Part shown: one piece after another, positions 45,858-55,169 of the stretch
Layout: the number at the start of each line of letters is the position of its first letter
How positions within the stretch are numbered: position 1 is the first letter of the stretch
Virus record (IMG/VR): IMGVR_UViG_3300017963_000261
Span: 7,163 to 71,162 of that record
Length of the DNA: 64,000 nucleotides
Source: a virus
Strand: one strand, 5' to 3'
Notes under the pieces: generated by a model
The model's input: only the letters and a program-made list of their open reading frames with translations
Databases searched by the model: none
Told to the model about the DNA's origin: nothing
Made by a program: the position numbers and the translations under genes

Positions 45858-47490
45858 TCCCTACCTCTACGGCTGCCACGATATCCCCGACTCTGAGCTT
45901 TTGGACGGGCGCGGCTGGGTACTCGTCACCGAGGCCATAGGGCGCGACCCCGACGACCACGCCGGGGCGGACTATCGACACATTGCGGAGACGGTCATCG
46001 TGCGTCTGAACCACGGCTATGCCCCGGCAGGTACGATACCGCAGTGGCGCTATTACGCCGACTTTGCACAGCGGTGCGCTAATTTTGTGGCGGCATCAGC
46101 AGGGTGCGACCTGTGGGTCATTGCGAACGAGCCAAATCACGAACAAGAGCGCCCGGATGGCGTAATCATCCCTGCCCTGGACTATGCCGAGTGTTTCAAC
46201 CTCTGCCGGGATGCCATCAAGCGAGTGGTTCCTGATGCCCAGGTCATCATTGCGGCTATCGCGCCCTGGAACGTGCAAACGGGCGACTGGCTACAATACT
46301 TTGTCGATGTGTTGGAGAACACGGAGCCGGACGGCATCGCCCTCCACTGTTACTCCCACGGCAGCGATCCGCTTCTGGTATTCTCCGAGCAGAAGATGGA
46401 CCCGCCATACCAAGACCGCCGCTATCACTTTCGTGCCTACCAGGACTTTCTCGACGCTGTACCGCACTGTTGGCGGGACTTGCCCGTCTATATCACAGAA
46501 GCGAATCAGAACGACCCGTGGGAGAACGTCAACCGGGGATGGGTGCAGAATGCATACTATGAGGTCAACGAGTGGAACAGCTACGCCGACCACCAGACCA
46601 TACGCTGCCTGTGTCTCTATCGCTGGCAGCACGACCAGTGGGCGTTCGCGGATAAGGGTGGCGTGATAGACGACCTATGGGACGCAATGGAACAGGGTTA
46701 CACCTGGACGGACGATAACGGGGGGAATGGAGGTGATGAGATGCCCATCGAACTACAGAATGGCGGCTTTGAGGGCGGCTTTTGCTATTGGGACGGTGTC
46801 GGGGAATTGGAAGTCGGCCTGGGCTGGGAACCGTGGTACGATGAGGGGGGCGGCAGGCACCGGCCTGAGTACAAGCCGGAATGTGCGGGCGTGGGGTCCT
46901 CTAGGGTATATGAAGGCCAGTACGCACAAAAGATGTTCACCACCTATGCGCCGCATTTTGCCGGGCTGCGGCAAGTCGTGGACCTACAACCCGCCATCGA
47001 TGCGGGCGAGATAGCGGTGGGCGACTGGCTGCGCTTCTCCGGGCGGGTGTGGGTGTGGACCAGCGACGAGGACAACCCGGACGTGAGCGCAAAGCCGGGG
47101 TTGTACTACGTGGCCCTGGGCAGCAACGGGTGGGGCGACACCGGGCCGCAGAACTTCCAGACGGGATGGGGCAAGGCGTTCGTGGACCAATACGACCAGT
47201 GGCTAGAGGTCGAGCGCGTCTTTGAGGTGTGGTCATCTCAAGTCTGCTTGTTCACGTTGGGATACCCGCATTACGGCGTCAAGCACAACGATAGCTATTG
47301 GGACGCGCTCACGCTAGAGGTGTACCACCACGGCGAACAGCCAGAACCACCGCCCGAACCGCCGCCCGAACCGCCAGAGCCAGGAGAGTGCAACGCGCTC
47401 ACGTACCAGGAGACGGTGGACGCTGTGGAGGAGGGCGTGCTATCTGTGCTAGCCGATGGGCTGTGGCTCAAGGCGGTGACGCCGGAATGA
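45844..47490 (+). CDS. clan GH-A-like glycoside hydrolase with carbohydrate-binding-like domain (endolysin position)
   Basis: VIANEPN acid/base and PVYITE nucleophile motifs; LQNGGFEG domain; Pro-Glu linker. Confidence 0.75.
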   Translation: MTNHSPYLYGCHDIPDSELLDGRGWVLVTEAIGRDPDDHAGADYRHIAETVIVRLNHGYAPAGTIPQWRYYADFAQRCANFVAASAGCDLWVIANEPNHEQERPDGVIIPALDYAECFNLCRDAIKRVVPDAQVIIAAIAPWNVQTGDWLQYFVDVLENTEPDGIALHCYSHGSDPLLVFSEQKMDPPYQDRRYHFRAYQDFLDAVPHCWRDLPVYITEANQNDPWENVNRGWVQNAYYEVNEWNSYADHQTIRCLCLYRWQHDQWAFADKGGVIDDLWDAMEQGYTWTDDNGGNGGDEMPIELQNGGFEGGFCYWDGVGELEVGLGWEPWYDEGGGRHRPEYKPECAGVGSSRVYEGQYAQKMFTTYAPHFAGLRQVVDLQPAIDAGEIAVGDWLRFSGRVWVWTSDEDNPDVSAKPGLYYVALGSNGWGDTGPQNFQTGWGKAFVDQYDQWLEVERVFEVWSSQVCLFTLGYPHYGVKHNDSYWDALTLEVYHHGEQPEPPPEPPPEPPEPGECNALTYQETVDAVEEGVLSVLADGLWLKAVTPE

Positions 47491-48194
47491 GACGCTTACT
47501 ACTGGCCCTGCTCTGCGTACTGTTGCCTGCCAGCGTGGCCCAAGCACAGCAACCGGGCATCGTCGTGTTCGAGTTCGCGGACGGACACGAGTCGCACTAC
47601 ACCATTGCCCGACCGCCGTTCAGGGCGCGTGGCTGGACAGGCGTGGCGGCCATCAACCCATCGAACGTGGGGCAGCCGGGCCGGTTGACGGAGGACCAAT
47701 TGCGGCGGCTCTACAACGTGGATGGATGGGACGTGATGAGCCACGGATGGACGCACGAGGACCCTACGCTGATGACGCCAGAGGAACTGGATGAACACTT
47801 GCGCCTGTCCCACGACTGGCTACTCGACCACGAGTTCACCCGCAGCGCCCGGCACTATGGCCCGCCGCTGGGCTGTGACGCCAGGGTGCGCGAGGCGGCT
47901 ACTGAATACTACGACCTGATCCGGCATTTTGGCGAGTGCAAGCGGCTACCGGAAGGGTATGATTATCGGCAGACCGGCGTACACGATGCCATCCCGTGGC
48001 ACAGGATACGACGCCGGATAGACGCGGTGACGGACAGCGACCAGGCGCTACTTCTGACGTTCCATCAGCTTGTCGAGGGCGATGCCGGGGGCGGCCAAAC
48101 GTCCAGGGCGCGATTCGGCCAGGTCATTCGCTACGTGGAGCGCCGGGGGCTGCGCGTGGCGACGTTCAGCGACTTGCTGGTAACAGCCGAGTAA
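47487..48194 (+). CDS. NodB-like polysaccharide deacetylase with signal peptide
   Basis: MRRLLLALLCVLLPASVAQA; GWDVMSHGWTH; LLTFH. Confidence 0.8.
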   Translation: MRRLLLALLCVLLPASVAQAQQPGIVVFEFADGHESHYTIARPPFRARGWTGVAAINPSNVGQPGRLTEDQLRRLYNVDGWDVMSHGWTHEDPTLMTPEELDEHLRLSHDWLLDHEFTRSARHYGPPLGCDARVREAATEYYDLIRHFGECKRLPEGYDYRQTGVHDAIPWHRIRRRIDAVTDSDQALLLTFHQLVEGDAGGGQTSRARFGQVIRYVERRGLRVATFSDLLVTAE

Positions 48195-48225
48195 CAGGAG
48201 GGGGCAGACTCTAGGAATTTTTTGA

Positions 48226-48254
48226 CTGACTAGCGGCGCGTTTTGTGGTATAAT
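48226..48254 (+). promoter_or_regulatory. promoter with extended -10
   Basis: CTGACT-N17-TATAAT with TG extension. Confidence 0.6.
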
Positions 48255-48278
48255 GGTAGAAACGCGCTGAGGTGGACA

Positions 48279-48551
48279 ATGGGCGACAACGCAGAACGCA
48301 TCGACATATCGTGGATTGGCGGGGCGATGGCTCGCCTGGAGAGTGACCTGGGGGAAATCAAGCTGCACCTGGCCGAGATGAATGGGTCCGTGCGAAACAA
48401 CACAACCGAGATGGCCGTCAATGTGCAGCGATGGGAGAGCCACGTTGAGGAACACCGGCGCGAGTGCCGGTATCACGGCCTGATTAGCATTCTGGCTGCT
48501 GTGGTGGCTGGGCTGCTAGCGGGGTTTGTCGTGCATTGGTTAGGAGGATAG
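48279..48551 (+). CDS. holin-like protein (coiled coil plus C-terminal TM)
   Basis: Architecture and position. Confidence 0.55.
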   Translation: MGDNAERIDISWIGGAMARLESDLGEIKLHLAEMNGSVRNNTTEMAVNVQRWESHVEEHRRECRYHGLISILAAVVAGLLAGFVVHWLGG

Positions 48552-48552
48552 A

Positions 48553-48786
48553 ATGAGAATGACAAAAGAACTTGCGATTGTGCTGGTGGATATTGTCGTG
48601 GCGCTGGTCGGCCACTTTGGAGCCAAATACCTGGCCCCGGACATTCACGAGGATGTGATATTCGTCATCGGTGTAGCGCAGCCTGCGGTGTTGCTGTGGA
48701 TTGGCTACCTGTACGCCAACCGCAAGGTGCGCGAGGTGCGGGCCGCCATTGATACGTGGGCGGCACAGATGAGGCGGGGTAAGTAA
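48553..48786 (+). CDS. putative holin (2 TM, basic C-terminus)
   Basis: Hydrophobicity; last gene of the late arm. Confidence 0.6.
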   Translation: MRMTKELAIVLVDIVVALVGHFGAKYLAPDIHEDVIFVIGVAQPAVLLWIGYLYANRKVREVRAAIDTWAAQMRRGK

Positions 48787-48811
48787 AAGGCCCCGCCGTG
48801 GGCGCGGGGCC
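48785..48811 (-). terminator. terminator at convergence of the two genome arms
   Basis: GGCCCCGC/GCGGGGCC stem with T-tract on the - strand. Confidence 0.7.
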
Positions 48812-48901
48812 AGGGTATCACCTCCTCTCTATTCTATCGACCGTGCTGCTTCCTCTATGTCACTCTGATATGGTATCCAGGCAACAGAGATAGCGTGTTT
48901 G

Positions 48902-49297
48902 CTACCCGCCTCGTGCATGATACATTCTTGGTCGCCTTGGTTCCAGCATCCGGCACTGATAGGGACGCTGTTCAGCGGGCAACTGGCAGCCGCGTTCGCC
49001 CAAAAGCACACAGCGCCCACCCCATCCAGCATTATATAGTCGTCGCTTGTCCTCGTCGGTGCGAGGGCGCACATAATATGCTGCGCCCAGATGTTCAGGG
49101 TCATCATAGTCTAGGTTGCGTGGGTCGCCCTCCCACCAGTCAACGACGTATGTGCCCGACTGGAAGCATTGGGTCAATGCCTCTCGAAGTGTGGGAGCAG
49201 GAAACAGACGGAACACATCATCAGGCATCATACAGCCTGACAGCCACTTGCAGCACGCTCCGCCGCATTGGGCACAAAGTTGATGATTCTCGTTCAT
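48902..49297 (-). CDS. YkgJ/CxxCxxCC cysteine-cluster protein
   Basis: CAQCGGACC...RCVLL...C...RPYQCR. Confidence 0.8.
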   Translation of the reverse strand: MNENHQLCAQCGGACCKWLSGCMMPDDVFRLFPAPTLREALTQCFQSGTYVVDWWEGDPRNLDYDDPEHLGAAYYVRPRTDEDKRRLYNAGWGGRCVLLGERGCQLPAEQRPYQCRMLEPRRPRMYHARGG

Positions 49298-49397
49298 CGT
49301 CTGTCTCTCCCTTCTCTTGCCCGCGCTCCATCTGGCAGTGCAGGCATTCAACTGGTCCGTCGGGCGACGCGTAGCCGTAGCCGCCGCCCTGGATGGT

Positions 49398-50711
49398 TTA
49401 TGCGTCTAGCGCGGCCAGGGCATCCCCTAGCGAGCCCTGATAGTCGTGAATATCATCCACGCCCAGCATTTGATGGACGGCAACGCTGGGGGACAATTCC
49501 ATCACGGCCAAGCTCTCATACCAGACAGCCGCGCCCTTCTCTGTGTCTACCCAGTGTTTGTTGCGGGCGTGGGAATGGGCATAGATGCGAATCAGCGCAG
49601 CGGCATCGTCCTTCTCGCCTGGGAAGTCGGCTACATGGTCATAGCCGATAGCCTTGTGAACGTCCAAATCGGTGAGGGCCATCGTATTCTTGGCCCAGTC
49701 CCAGAATCGCTTTTGCGTGGCGCGGTCCTTGATCCAGTGGTCGCCATCATCGGGCACGGTCGGCTGTTCGGCCATCTTGGCCTCGCCCTGCTTGACCAGT
49801 TCGGCAGGGTCTTTGCCAACACCCGCCAACTTAGCGCGGGGCTGCGGCGGCTGTTCGGCTTCATAGAGCGGTTCGCCATCGTAGTCGATGTCCTCATACA
49901 AGAACTGGCCATCATCGCTCAACTCACCTACAATTTCTCCAGTCATCTCGTCGATGAGAACAGCAGGGGCGTCCCCGTCACCTTGCCCTGGTTCCAAGAG
50001 TGCAGGGCCTTCGATGCGTTCACGGTCCCGGCGCTTTGCGGCCTCGAACTCCAACATCAGGCGCTCGTCCGTCAGTTCGAGCTTGATGAGCGAATGTTCC
50101 ATGGCAGCACGCCTGTCCTTGATAGGAACACCGATGCGCGTATCCTCACGCCATAACTTGAACGGCCTGCCGGTCAGTGGTTCCCACTGCACCAGCTTGC
50201 CCGCGATTGTGGCGATATCGTTCCAGCTATGGGTCTCCAAGGTTACAAGGCCGATATAGCCAGCTTCCCACAATTCAGGCAAGATGATCTCTAGGCGGCC
50301 AACGGGCTTGAGGGGGCAGTCGGGGCAACGATTCTCTGTGTCCTTGAATTTCTTGTCACAAATGCGATGCCCGTGGCGGTGGCGGTTGCCCTCTATCCAG
50401 TCCACAATCACGTCGCCGTTGCATCGCACCTTGCAAAGCCCGTTTTGCCCGTACAGCTCGCGCCAGCTAGAGAAGCATTGTTCCATCTTGTCGTAAGGCA
50501 AGTACACCCTATCGAGCACTTGTGGCTCTGGTCCGTAGGCATCCTCAAATGCCTGGAGCAGAGCCGCATCATCCTTGGCAGGATCAAAGCGAAAGTATTC
50601 CAGGTCGCTCAATCCTTCGCTTTTGGGCGCGCCCTTCTTGAGCTTGCCCAACGTCTTGAATCGGGATGTTACATCTTCCCGGCGGCTCACGCCGATGATT
50701 CCTGGTTCCAT
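49398..50711 (-). CDS. Gp3-like (recombination directionality factor-like) protein
   Basis: LGKLKKG, YFRF, RCNG, CP.C..KPVGRL.IILPEL, LETHSWN. Confidence 0.7.
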   Translation of the reverse strand: MEPGIIGVSRREDVTSRFKTLGKLKKGAPKSEGLSDLEYFRFDPAKDDAALLQAFEDAYGPEPQVLDRVYLPYDKMEQCFSSWRELYGQNGLCKVRCNGDVIVDWIEGNRHRHGHRICDKKFKDTENRCPDCPLKPVGRLEIILPELWEAGYIGLVTLETHSWNDIATIAGKLVQWEPLTGRPFKLWREDTRIGVPIKDRRAAMEHSLIKLELTDERLMLEFEAAKRRDRERIEGPALLEPGQGDGDAPAVLIDEMTGEIVGELSDDGQFLYEDIDYDGEPLYEAEQPPQPRAKLAGVGKDPAELVKQGEAKMAEQPTVPDDGDHWIKDRATQKRFWDWAKNTMALTDLDVHKAIGYDHVADFPGEKDDAAALIRIYAHSHARNKHWVDTEKGAAVWYESLAVMELSPSVAVHQMLGVDDIHDYQGSLGDALAALDA

Positions 50712-50723
50712 AGTGTCTCTCCT

Positions 50724-51068
50724 TTACAAGTCGTATAGTTCCGCGATAGCAGCATCGGCGGTCAACACGCGGCGGGGTTCAGTCGGGGCGAATAGCGCCT
50801 TGAGTTCGTCGGGCAGATTGTGGACGATGTTGGGAAAGTCGGCAAATTGGCGCTCGTAGTGTCCGGCGCTTATGAAGTCTCTTCCCTTGCAGATGGCGCA
50901 CTCTGCCCAGTCCACGCTCACCTGATGTTCCTCGCTCCATCGGCCCTGGTGTATGACCTTGCCACCGCAGTCGTTACAAACGTAATGCTCCTCCAGTTGA
51001 GCGTAGGTGACAAGCCTAGCGCCTACTGTGCATCCATCCCTCGTAAAATCCCGTGTGTGTGGTAGCAT
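50724..51068 (-). CDS. zinc-binding hypothetical protein
   Basis: CNDCGG...CAIC. Confidence 0.65.
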   Translation of the reverse strand: MLPHTRDFTRDGCTVGARLVTYAQLEEHYVCNDCGGKVIHQGRWSEEHQVSVDWAECAICKGRDFISAGHYERQFADFPNIVHNLPDELKALFAPTEPRRVLTADAAIAELYDL

Positions 51069-51117
51069 TGTCGGTGTCTCCCTTTGCCCGCCCGCCCACC
51101 CTCCTGTGTTTGTGTGA

Positions 51118-51351
51118 TTAGCCTGCCCACTTGCGATACCACGGCGTAACTACTGCCGCACGCGCCTCATTACGATGGCGCTGGCAGTGCTGCACGTCGC
51201 GGCTGATGGGCGGATAGTCGCCACCCCTGGCATCTTCCCATTGGCTCCAGTACCAGCCAGTGAGGCCGCATTTAAAGCATACGGCTTCTTTGTCGTCCTG
51301 TGGCATCCGATTGTGCGGCATCTGGAGATGTGTCTTGACTTTGCCTCGCAT
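51118..51351 (-). CDS. hypothetical protein
   Basis: AAGGAGGGACACGATG start. Confidence 0.65.
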   Translation of the reverse strand: MRGKVKTHLQMPHNRMPQDDKEAVCFKCGLTGWYWSQWEDARGGDYPPISRDVQHCQRHRNEARAAVVTPWYRKWAG

Positions 51352-51386
51352 CGTGTCCCTCCTTGCCCTGTTCGGGCGTGTGTGGG

Positions 51387-51689
51387 TTAGGACTGTTCGT
51401 GCGGGAACAGTCCCAACCACGGTTCCGTCATCGAAAGCACGTCGGGGCGGCCAAAGAGGCTACCCACGGCGTTGCGCTCTCCGTCGCCAACAACCCGCTT
51501 GGTATTGATGTGGTACTTGCAGGTGTCGGCGCTGTGCCTGATGGTAAACGTCTTGGCCCCGGCGCTGATGACCGGGCATCCACAGCCAGCTACCATTCCC
51601 TCGTGGATGAGGGTGATGGTGTGGGTGGTGACGGGCGGTAGGCCCTGCGCGGTTCTAGCTTCGTTGAATCTCGGTGTCCAGTCTTGCAT
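51387..51689 (-). CDS. hypothetical protein
   Basis: AGGAGGGACACGATG start. Confidence 0.65.
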   Translation of the reverse strand: MQDWTPRFNEARTAQGLPPVTTHTITLIHEGMVAGCGCPVISAGAKTFTIRHSADTCKYHINTKRVVGDGERNAVGSLFGRPDVLSMTEPWLGLFPHEQS

Positions 51690-51733
51690 CGTGTCCCTCC
51701 TGTGTGTGTCTGGTGTCAATTTACCCTACAATC

Positions 51734-51762
51734 ATTATACACGATTCTTGTCCGTTTGTCAA
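51734..51762 (-). promoter_or_regulatory. consensus sigma70 promoter
   Basis: TTGACA-N17-TATAAT. Confidence 0.88.
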
Positions 51763-51809
51763 TAGGCAAAACGGGAATTCTCACGCCCTGCCGTAAAATT
51801 TAACATTGG

Positions 51810-52085
51810 TCACGGTTGACATAGCGGTAACTCCTGCTGCTGTGGTTCCAGGTCACACAAAAACGCTGCAAACTCTCGGTTGATGCGCTCCAATGTGACC
51901 TTGCCCGATAGTCGCCACAAGCGCACGCCATCAGGTTGATGGACCTCCATCCAGCCAGGATGACCGCAGTCGTGACGACAGGTATCTCGGTCGGGGCACG
52001 TCGGGCATTGTGTGCCCCAGGCGATGCGATGGTCGTAATAGGTGCGGTCGCCTATGGCGTCCATATCACTACATCCTCTACTCAT
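51810..52085 (-). CDS. hypothetical protein (Cys-rich)
   Basis: ORF in operon. Confidence 0.55.
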   Translation of the reverse strand: MSRGCSDMDAIGDRTYYDHRIAWGTQCPTCPDRDTCRHDCGHPGWMEVHQPDGVRLWRLSGKVTLERINREFAAFLCDLEPQQQELPLCQP

Positions 52086-52402
52086 CAGAACACCCCATAA
52101 GCTGAGACATCGGGGTCATCAACCACCTCGTCAAAGTGCGCTTGGCAATATGGCTGTTTTGTCCGGTCTCGCCATCTAATCCAATGCACTGCGCGCCGGG
52201 AGCACCCAGCCCGGCAGCAGGCGGGAATAGCGCGGTCTCGCTCTATCCGCTGCGCCCAGGCAGCCACTACATAGCGGATAGTTTCATTCTCCCATCGCAA
52301 GCCGAGGTCTCTGCGAACCAATCGCAAATCTTCCAGAAACCGCGTCTTGGCCGCCTCACTCTCAAAGCCGATTCGGAGGATTGCCTTACTCGGCATCGCC
52401 AA
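52085..52402 (-). CDS. hypothetical protein, C-terminal zinc-finger-like
   Basis: C...C...YCQAH. Confidence 0.55.
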   Translation of the reverse strand: MAMPSKAILRIGFESEAAKTRFLEDLRLVRRDLGLRWENETIRYVVAAWAQRIERDRAIPACCRAGCSRRAVHWIRWRDRTKQPYCQAHFDEVVDDPDVSAYGVF

Positions 52403-52697
52403 GTTCCCCCTCCGCCCGTTCCAGAACAGCGTTCAGAAACGCCGCCTTGTGCGCGACCTGTGCAGCCTCAAACGCCGCAACCCTGACAGCGTAGACCCGT
52501 GGCCGCAACCACGGGAACACGCGGCGCATCCAGAAGCGCGACAGCCGGTGCGTGCCGTACAGGGCGCGGCGTGCGTCACGATAGACAGGCCAGGTAGGCA
52601 GTGTCGGCAGTTTGATGGTGATGCCGATGTTGTCCAGAATGCGGCTATAGTCTGCCTCTGCAATCGCGGTGGCAAAGTCGTCAAGTGTGCCCATCAC
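52386..52697 (-). CDS. hypothetical protein
   Basis: ORF in operon. Confidence 0.5.
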   Translation of the reverse strand: MMGTLDDFATAIAEADYSRILDNIGITIKLPTLPTWPVYRDARRALYGTHRLSRFWMRRVFPWLRPRVYAVRVAAFEAAQVAHKAAFLNAVLERAEGELGDAE

Positions 52698-52823
52698 ACC
52701 GCCTCCTCAGCCACCAGCACCCACACAACCAGTGGGACGACGCTGATGATGTGCGCCCGCCACAGAGAGCCGTGGCAGTGTGGGCAGAATGTGTGATACG
52801 TTCGTGCGAATCGGCCACAGGCG

Positions 52824-53066
52824 CTACAAAGAGCCAAGGCCATCACGCCTCTCCTGTCGCATTTCTAGCCAGTTGGCGGCTATTGCTGAGATTTGTGTCA
52901 GTTCCCAGTCGGGCGAATCTTTATGTAGGCCCATCAGCGCCAGCGCCAGTTCCCAAACCTCCTCAAGCAAGCCGCGCATCCAAAACCACTCGGACCTATC
53001 ACGCCACGTCTCGCGGTGCTGCGCCTTGAGATGCAGTATCTCACGCTCAACTACAGTTACGCCCAT
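52824..53066 (-). CDS. MazG-like all-alpha hypothetical protein
   Basis: LLEEVWEL...ELTQISAIA. Confidence 0.55.
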   Translation of the reverse strand: MGVTVVEREILHLKAQHRETWRDRSEWFWMRGLLEEVWELALALMGLHKDSPDWELTQISAIAANWLEMRQERRDGLGSL

Positions 53067-53266
53067 CGTGTCTCTCCTTTTGTCCCCGCCCTGCCAGCCA
53101 GGGGCGGAGTGGGTGTATCATCGTCCTTCCGGCGGTTGTCGCTTGAGCTTGCGGCGCGACTGGTGGACCGTGTACGAATACGATGCGGGCGGCGTCGGGG
53201 GCCAGTCTGGACGTTGGGCCTTGCGCCATTTGCGCCATTGCGCTTTGCTTGGCAGTTTACCGGGCA

Positions 53267-54196
53267 TTAGTGTATCCTCCTGCTGAGTCTCAAAAAGCGC
53301 TCAAATTCAGCGGGCGTGCCACCAGCGATGAATAGATCGTCGGGCTTGATGGGGAAGTCGCAGACATACACCTGCTTTCCCGTCTTGGCAATGCCCGCGC
53401 CTAAACGTTCAGCGTGTTCCTGAGCATCGGGGTCCAGAGCGATGTATATCGGGCCACTTGGAAACCAGTTCAGCCATCGCGCTTGGAACTTGCCGCTTTT
53501 ACCCATCACGCCGACGGTGGGGAAGCCGTACTGAGCACATACTACGGCCTTTTTTGCGCCCTCTATGATGACGCCATACTCTGCATCTTGGAGAGCTTGC
53601 ACGTTGGCGAGTTGCGTTCCCAGGCCGCCCATGTGCGGACGATATTTGTCCCCCCCGTTGGCGACCTCTATGCGATGGCGGATATTCCACAGCTTGCCAT
53701 CTGGAAATGTGATAGGGATGGTGTAGGATTTGCGGTGCTCTCTGTCCGTGGGGCAATGCTGGCAGACGCCAAGTTGCAAGCGGTCGATATTCTCACCAAA
53801 AAGACCTTGACTGATCCACCAATAGATGTCAAGGTCTGTGAGCTGTTCGTGATAGCGAACGTGATCGGTGCAGCGTGCCATCCTCTCCAGGGCAGATAAG
53901 CGGCGCTCAAGTTCTCGCTGCTTGCGCCTTTGCCGCATCTGTTCGGCCTCGATGCGCCTGAGCCGTCTCTCCTCTGCCGTCCAGGTATGCTGTTGATCCT
54001 CGTCAAGCCAGCCCTCGCAGCCGCCAGGGCGACAGTAGTACCGGCCATTGACCCACAGAATCCAGCCGTCGGCTGTCGCCTTATGGCAAATGGGACACGG
54101 GCCACACGCCTCTTCGTCATTCTTGCGCCTGAGTTCCAACCCCGGCCACCTCTGCTGCGCGATAGCCATTGCTTCCTCAATACTGGACAGTTCCAC
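53267..54196 (-). CDS. DNA primase (Zn-binding plus TOPRIM)
   Basis: GPCPIC...D...YYCR..C; IIEG; IALDPD. Confidence 0.85.
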   Translation of the reverse strand: MELSSIEEAMAIAQQRWPGLELRRKNDEEACGPCPICHKATADGWILWVNGRYYCRPGGCEGWLDEDQQHTWTAEERRLRRIEAEQMRQRRKQRELERRLSALERMARCTDHVRYHEQLTDLDIYWWISQGLFGENIDRLQLGVCQHCPTDREHRKSYTIPITFPDGKLWNIRHRIEVANGGDKYRPHMGGLGTQLANVQALQDAEYGVIIEGAKKAVVCAQYGFPTVGVMGKSGKFQARWLNWFPSGPIYIALDPDAQEHAERLGAGIAKTGKQVYVCDFPIKPDDLFIAGGTPAEFERFLRLSRRIH

Positions 54197-55169
54197 GGTG
54201 AACCTCCTGTCTCAATTCCATCTCTGCCAGCCTCAATTCTGACGGCGAGAAGTGCAGCACCCAGGTGCGCGAGCCGTTGTCATTGCGCTGCTTGCACATC
54301 TGGAGGATGAGCGTGCTTGGCTCCACGGGTATCTGCTTGCCCGCCAAGTCAAACGAACTGTGGTGCATCTCCGTCGTCCAGGGCCGCCACAAGCCGAAAA
54401 ACTTGTCGCAATGCTGCTCTATACCGCTGGACTCTTGGGCGTCTCGCAACTGGGGTATCTTGTGCTGATAGGTGTCTACCTCACGGCGGGCCTGAGCAGC
54501 GACCATCACCGGGCAACCTACGCGGAGTGCAAGCTGCTTGGTGTCCACGATGGCAGCCTTGACCTGCTCGTAGCGGTTGTGATAGCTGCGATCCATAGGA
54601 ATGAGCTGGGCATAGTCGAAGCAGAGCAGCACGGGGCGCGGCGATGACTGGTACGTGCGGTCCATCGACTCAATGGCCTGGAATACCACGTCCAGGGACA
54701 TCGAGCGCACCTGTTTGGCGACGTTGCGGTCGCTGTGCCCGATGACCCACAGGGGCAATCCGGCGCGCTTGATGGCCTTGCGCCTCACGTCATCCAGGGA
54801 TACGCGCCCCCAGGCGTAATCGGTGACGGTATAGCTCTCGTCGGCCTCAAAGTATGCTTCCAATTCCTCTGCCGTCTGTTCCCAGGTGACGTAGATCACG
54901 CATTCCTGCTCTTGCGCGCTGCGGGCTGCAATGTCCATTGCCGCGTGCTTGGCCTGCCTGGACAGGAGGCTCGACTTGCCCGCGCCGGGGCGTCCACAGA
55001 GGATGGTCATATTGCCGGGACGCTGAGGGATGACGTGCTTGTCGATAGCCTCCACACCCCACGCGATGCCTGGATGCTTCTGGATGAACTCGGCGTGCTG
55101 TACGTGCATCCGGGCCAGCTCAGCGGGCGAGTGCACGTATACGGATGGGTCAAATGGCTGTTGTGGCAC
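54177..55169 (-). CDS. DnaB-like replicative helicase (C-terminal domain)
   Basis: GRPGAGKS; DYAQL; AAQ; SSGIEQ; KQRN. Confidence 0.88.
   Translation of the reverse strand: MPQQPFDPSVYVHSPAELARMHVQHAEFIQKHPGIAWGVEAIDKHVIPQRPGNMTILCGRPGAGKSSLLSRQAKHAAMDIAARSAQEQECVIYVTWEQTAEELEAYFEADESYTVTDYAWGRVSLDDVRRKAIKRAGLPLWVIGHSDRNVAKQVRSMSLDVVFQAIESMDRTYQSSPRPVLLCFDYAQLIPMDRSYHNRYEQVKAAIVDTKQLALRVGCPVMVAAQARREVDTYQHKIPQLRDAQESSGIEQHCDKFFGLWRPWTTEMHHSSFDLAGKQIPVEPSTLILQMCKQRNDNGSRTWVLHFSPSELRLAEMELRQEVHRGTVQY

Noticed and set aside
47340-47385. Short tandem CCGCCCGAA repeats
   Set aside because: Encodes an ordinary Pro-Glu linker
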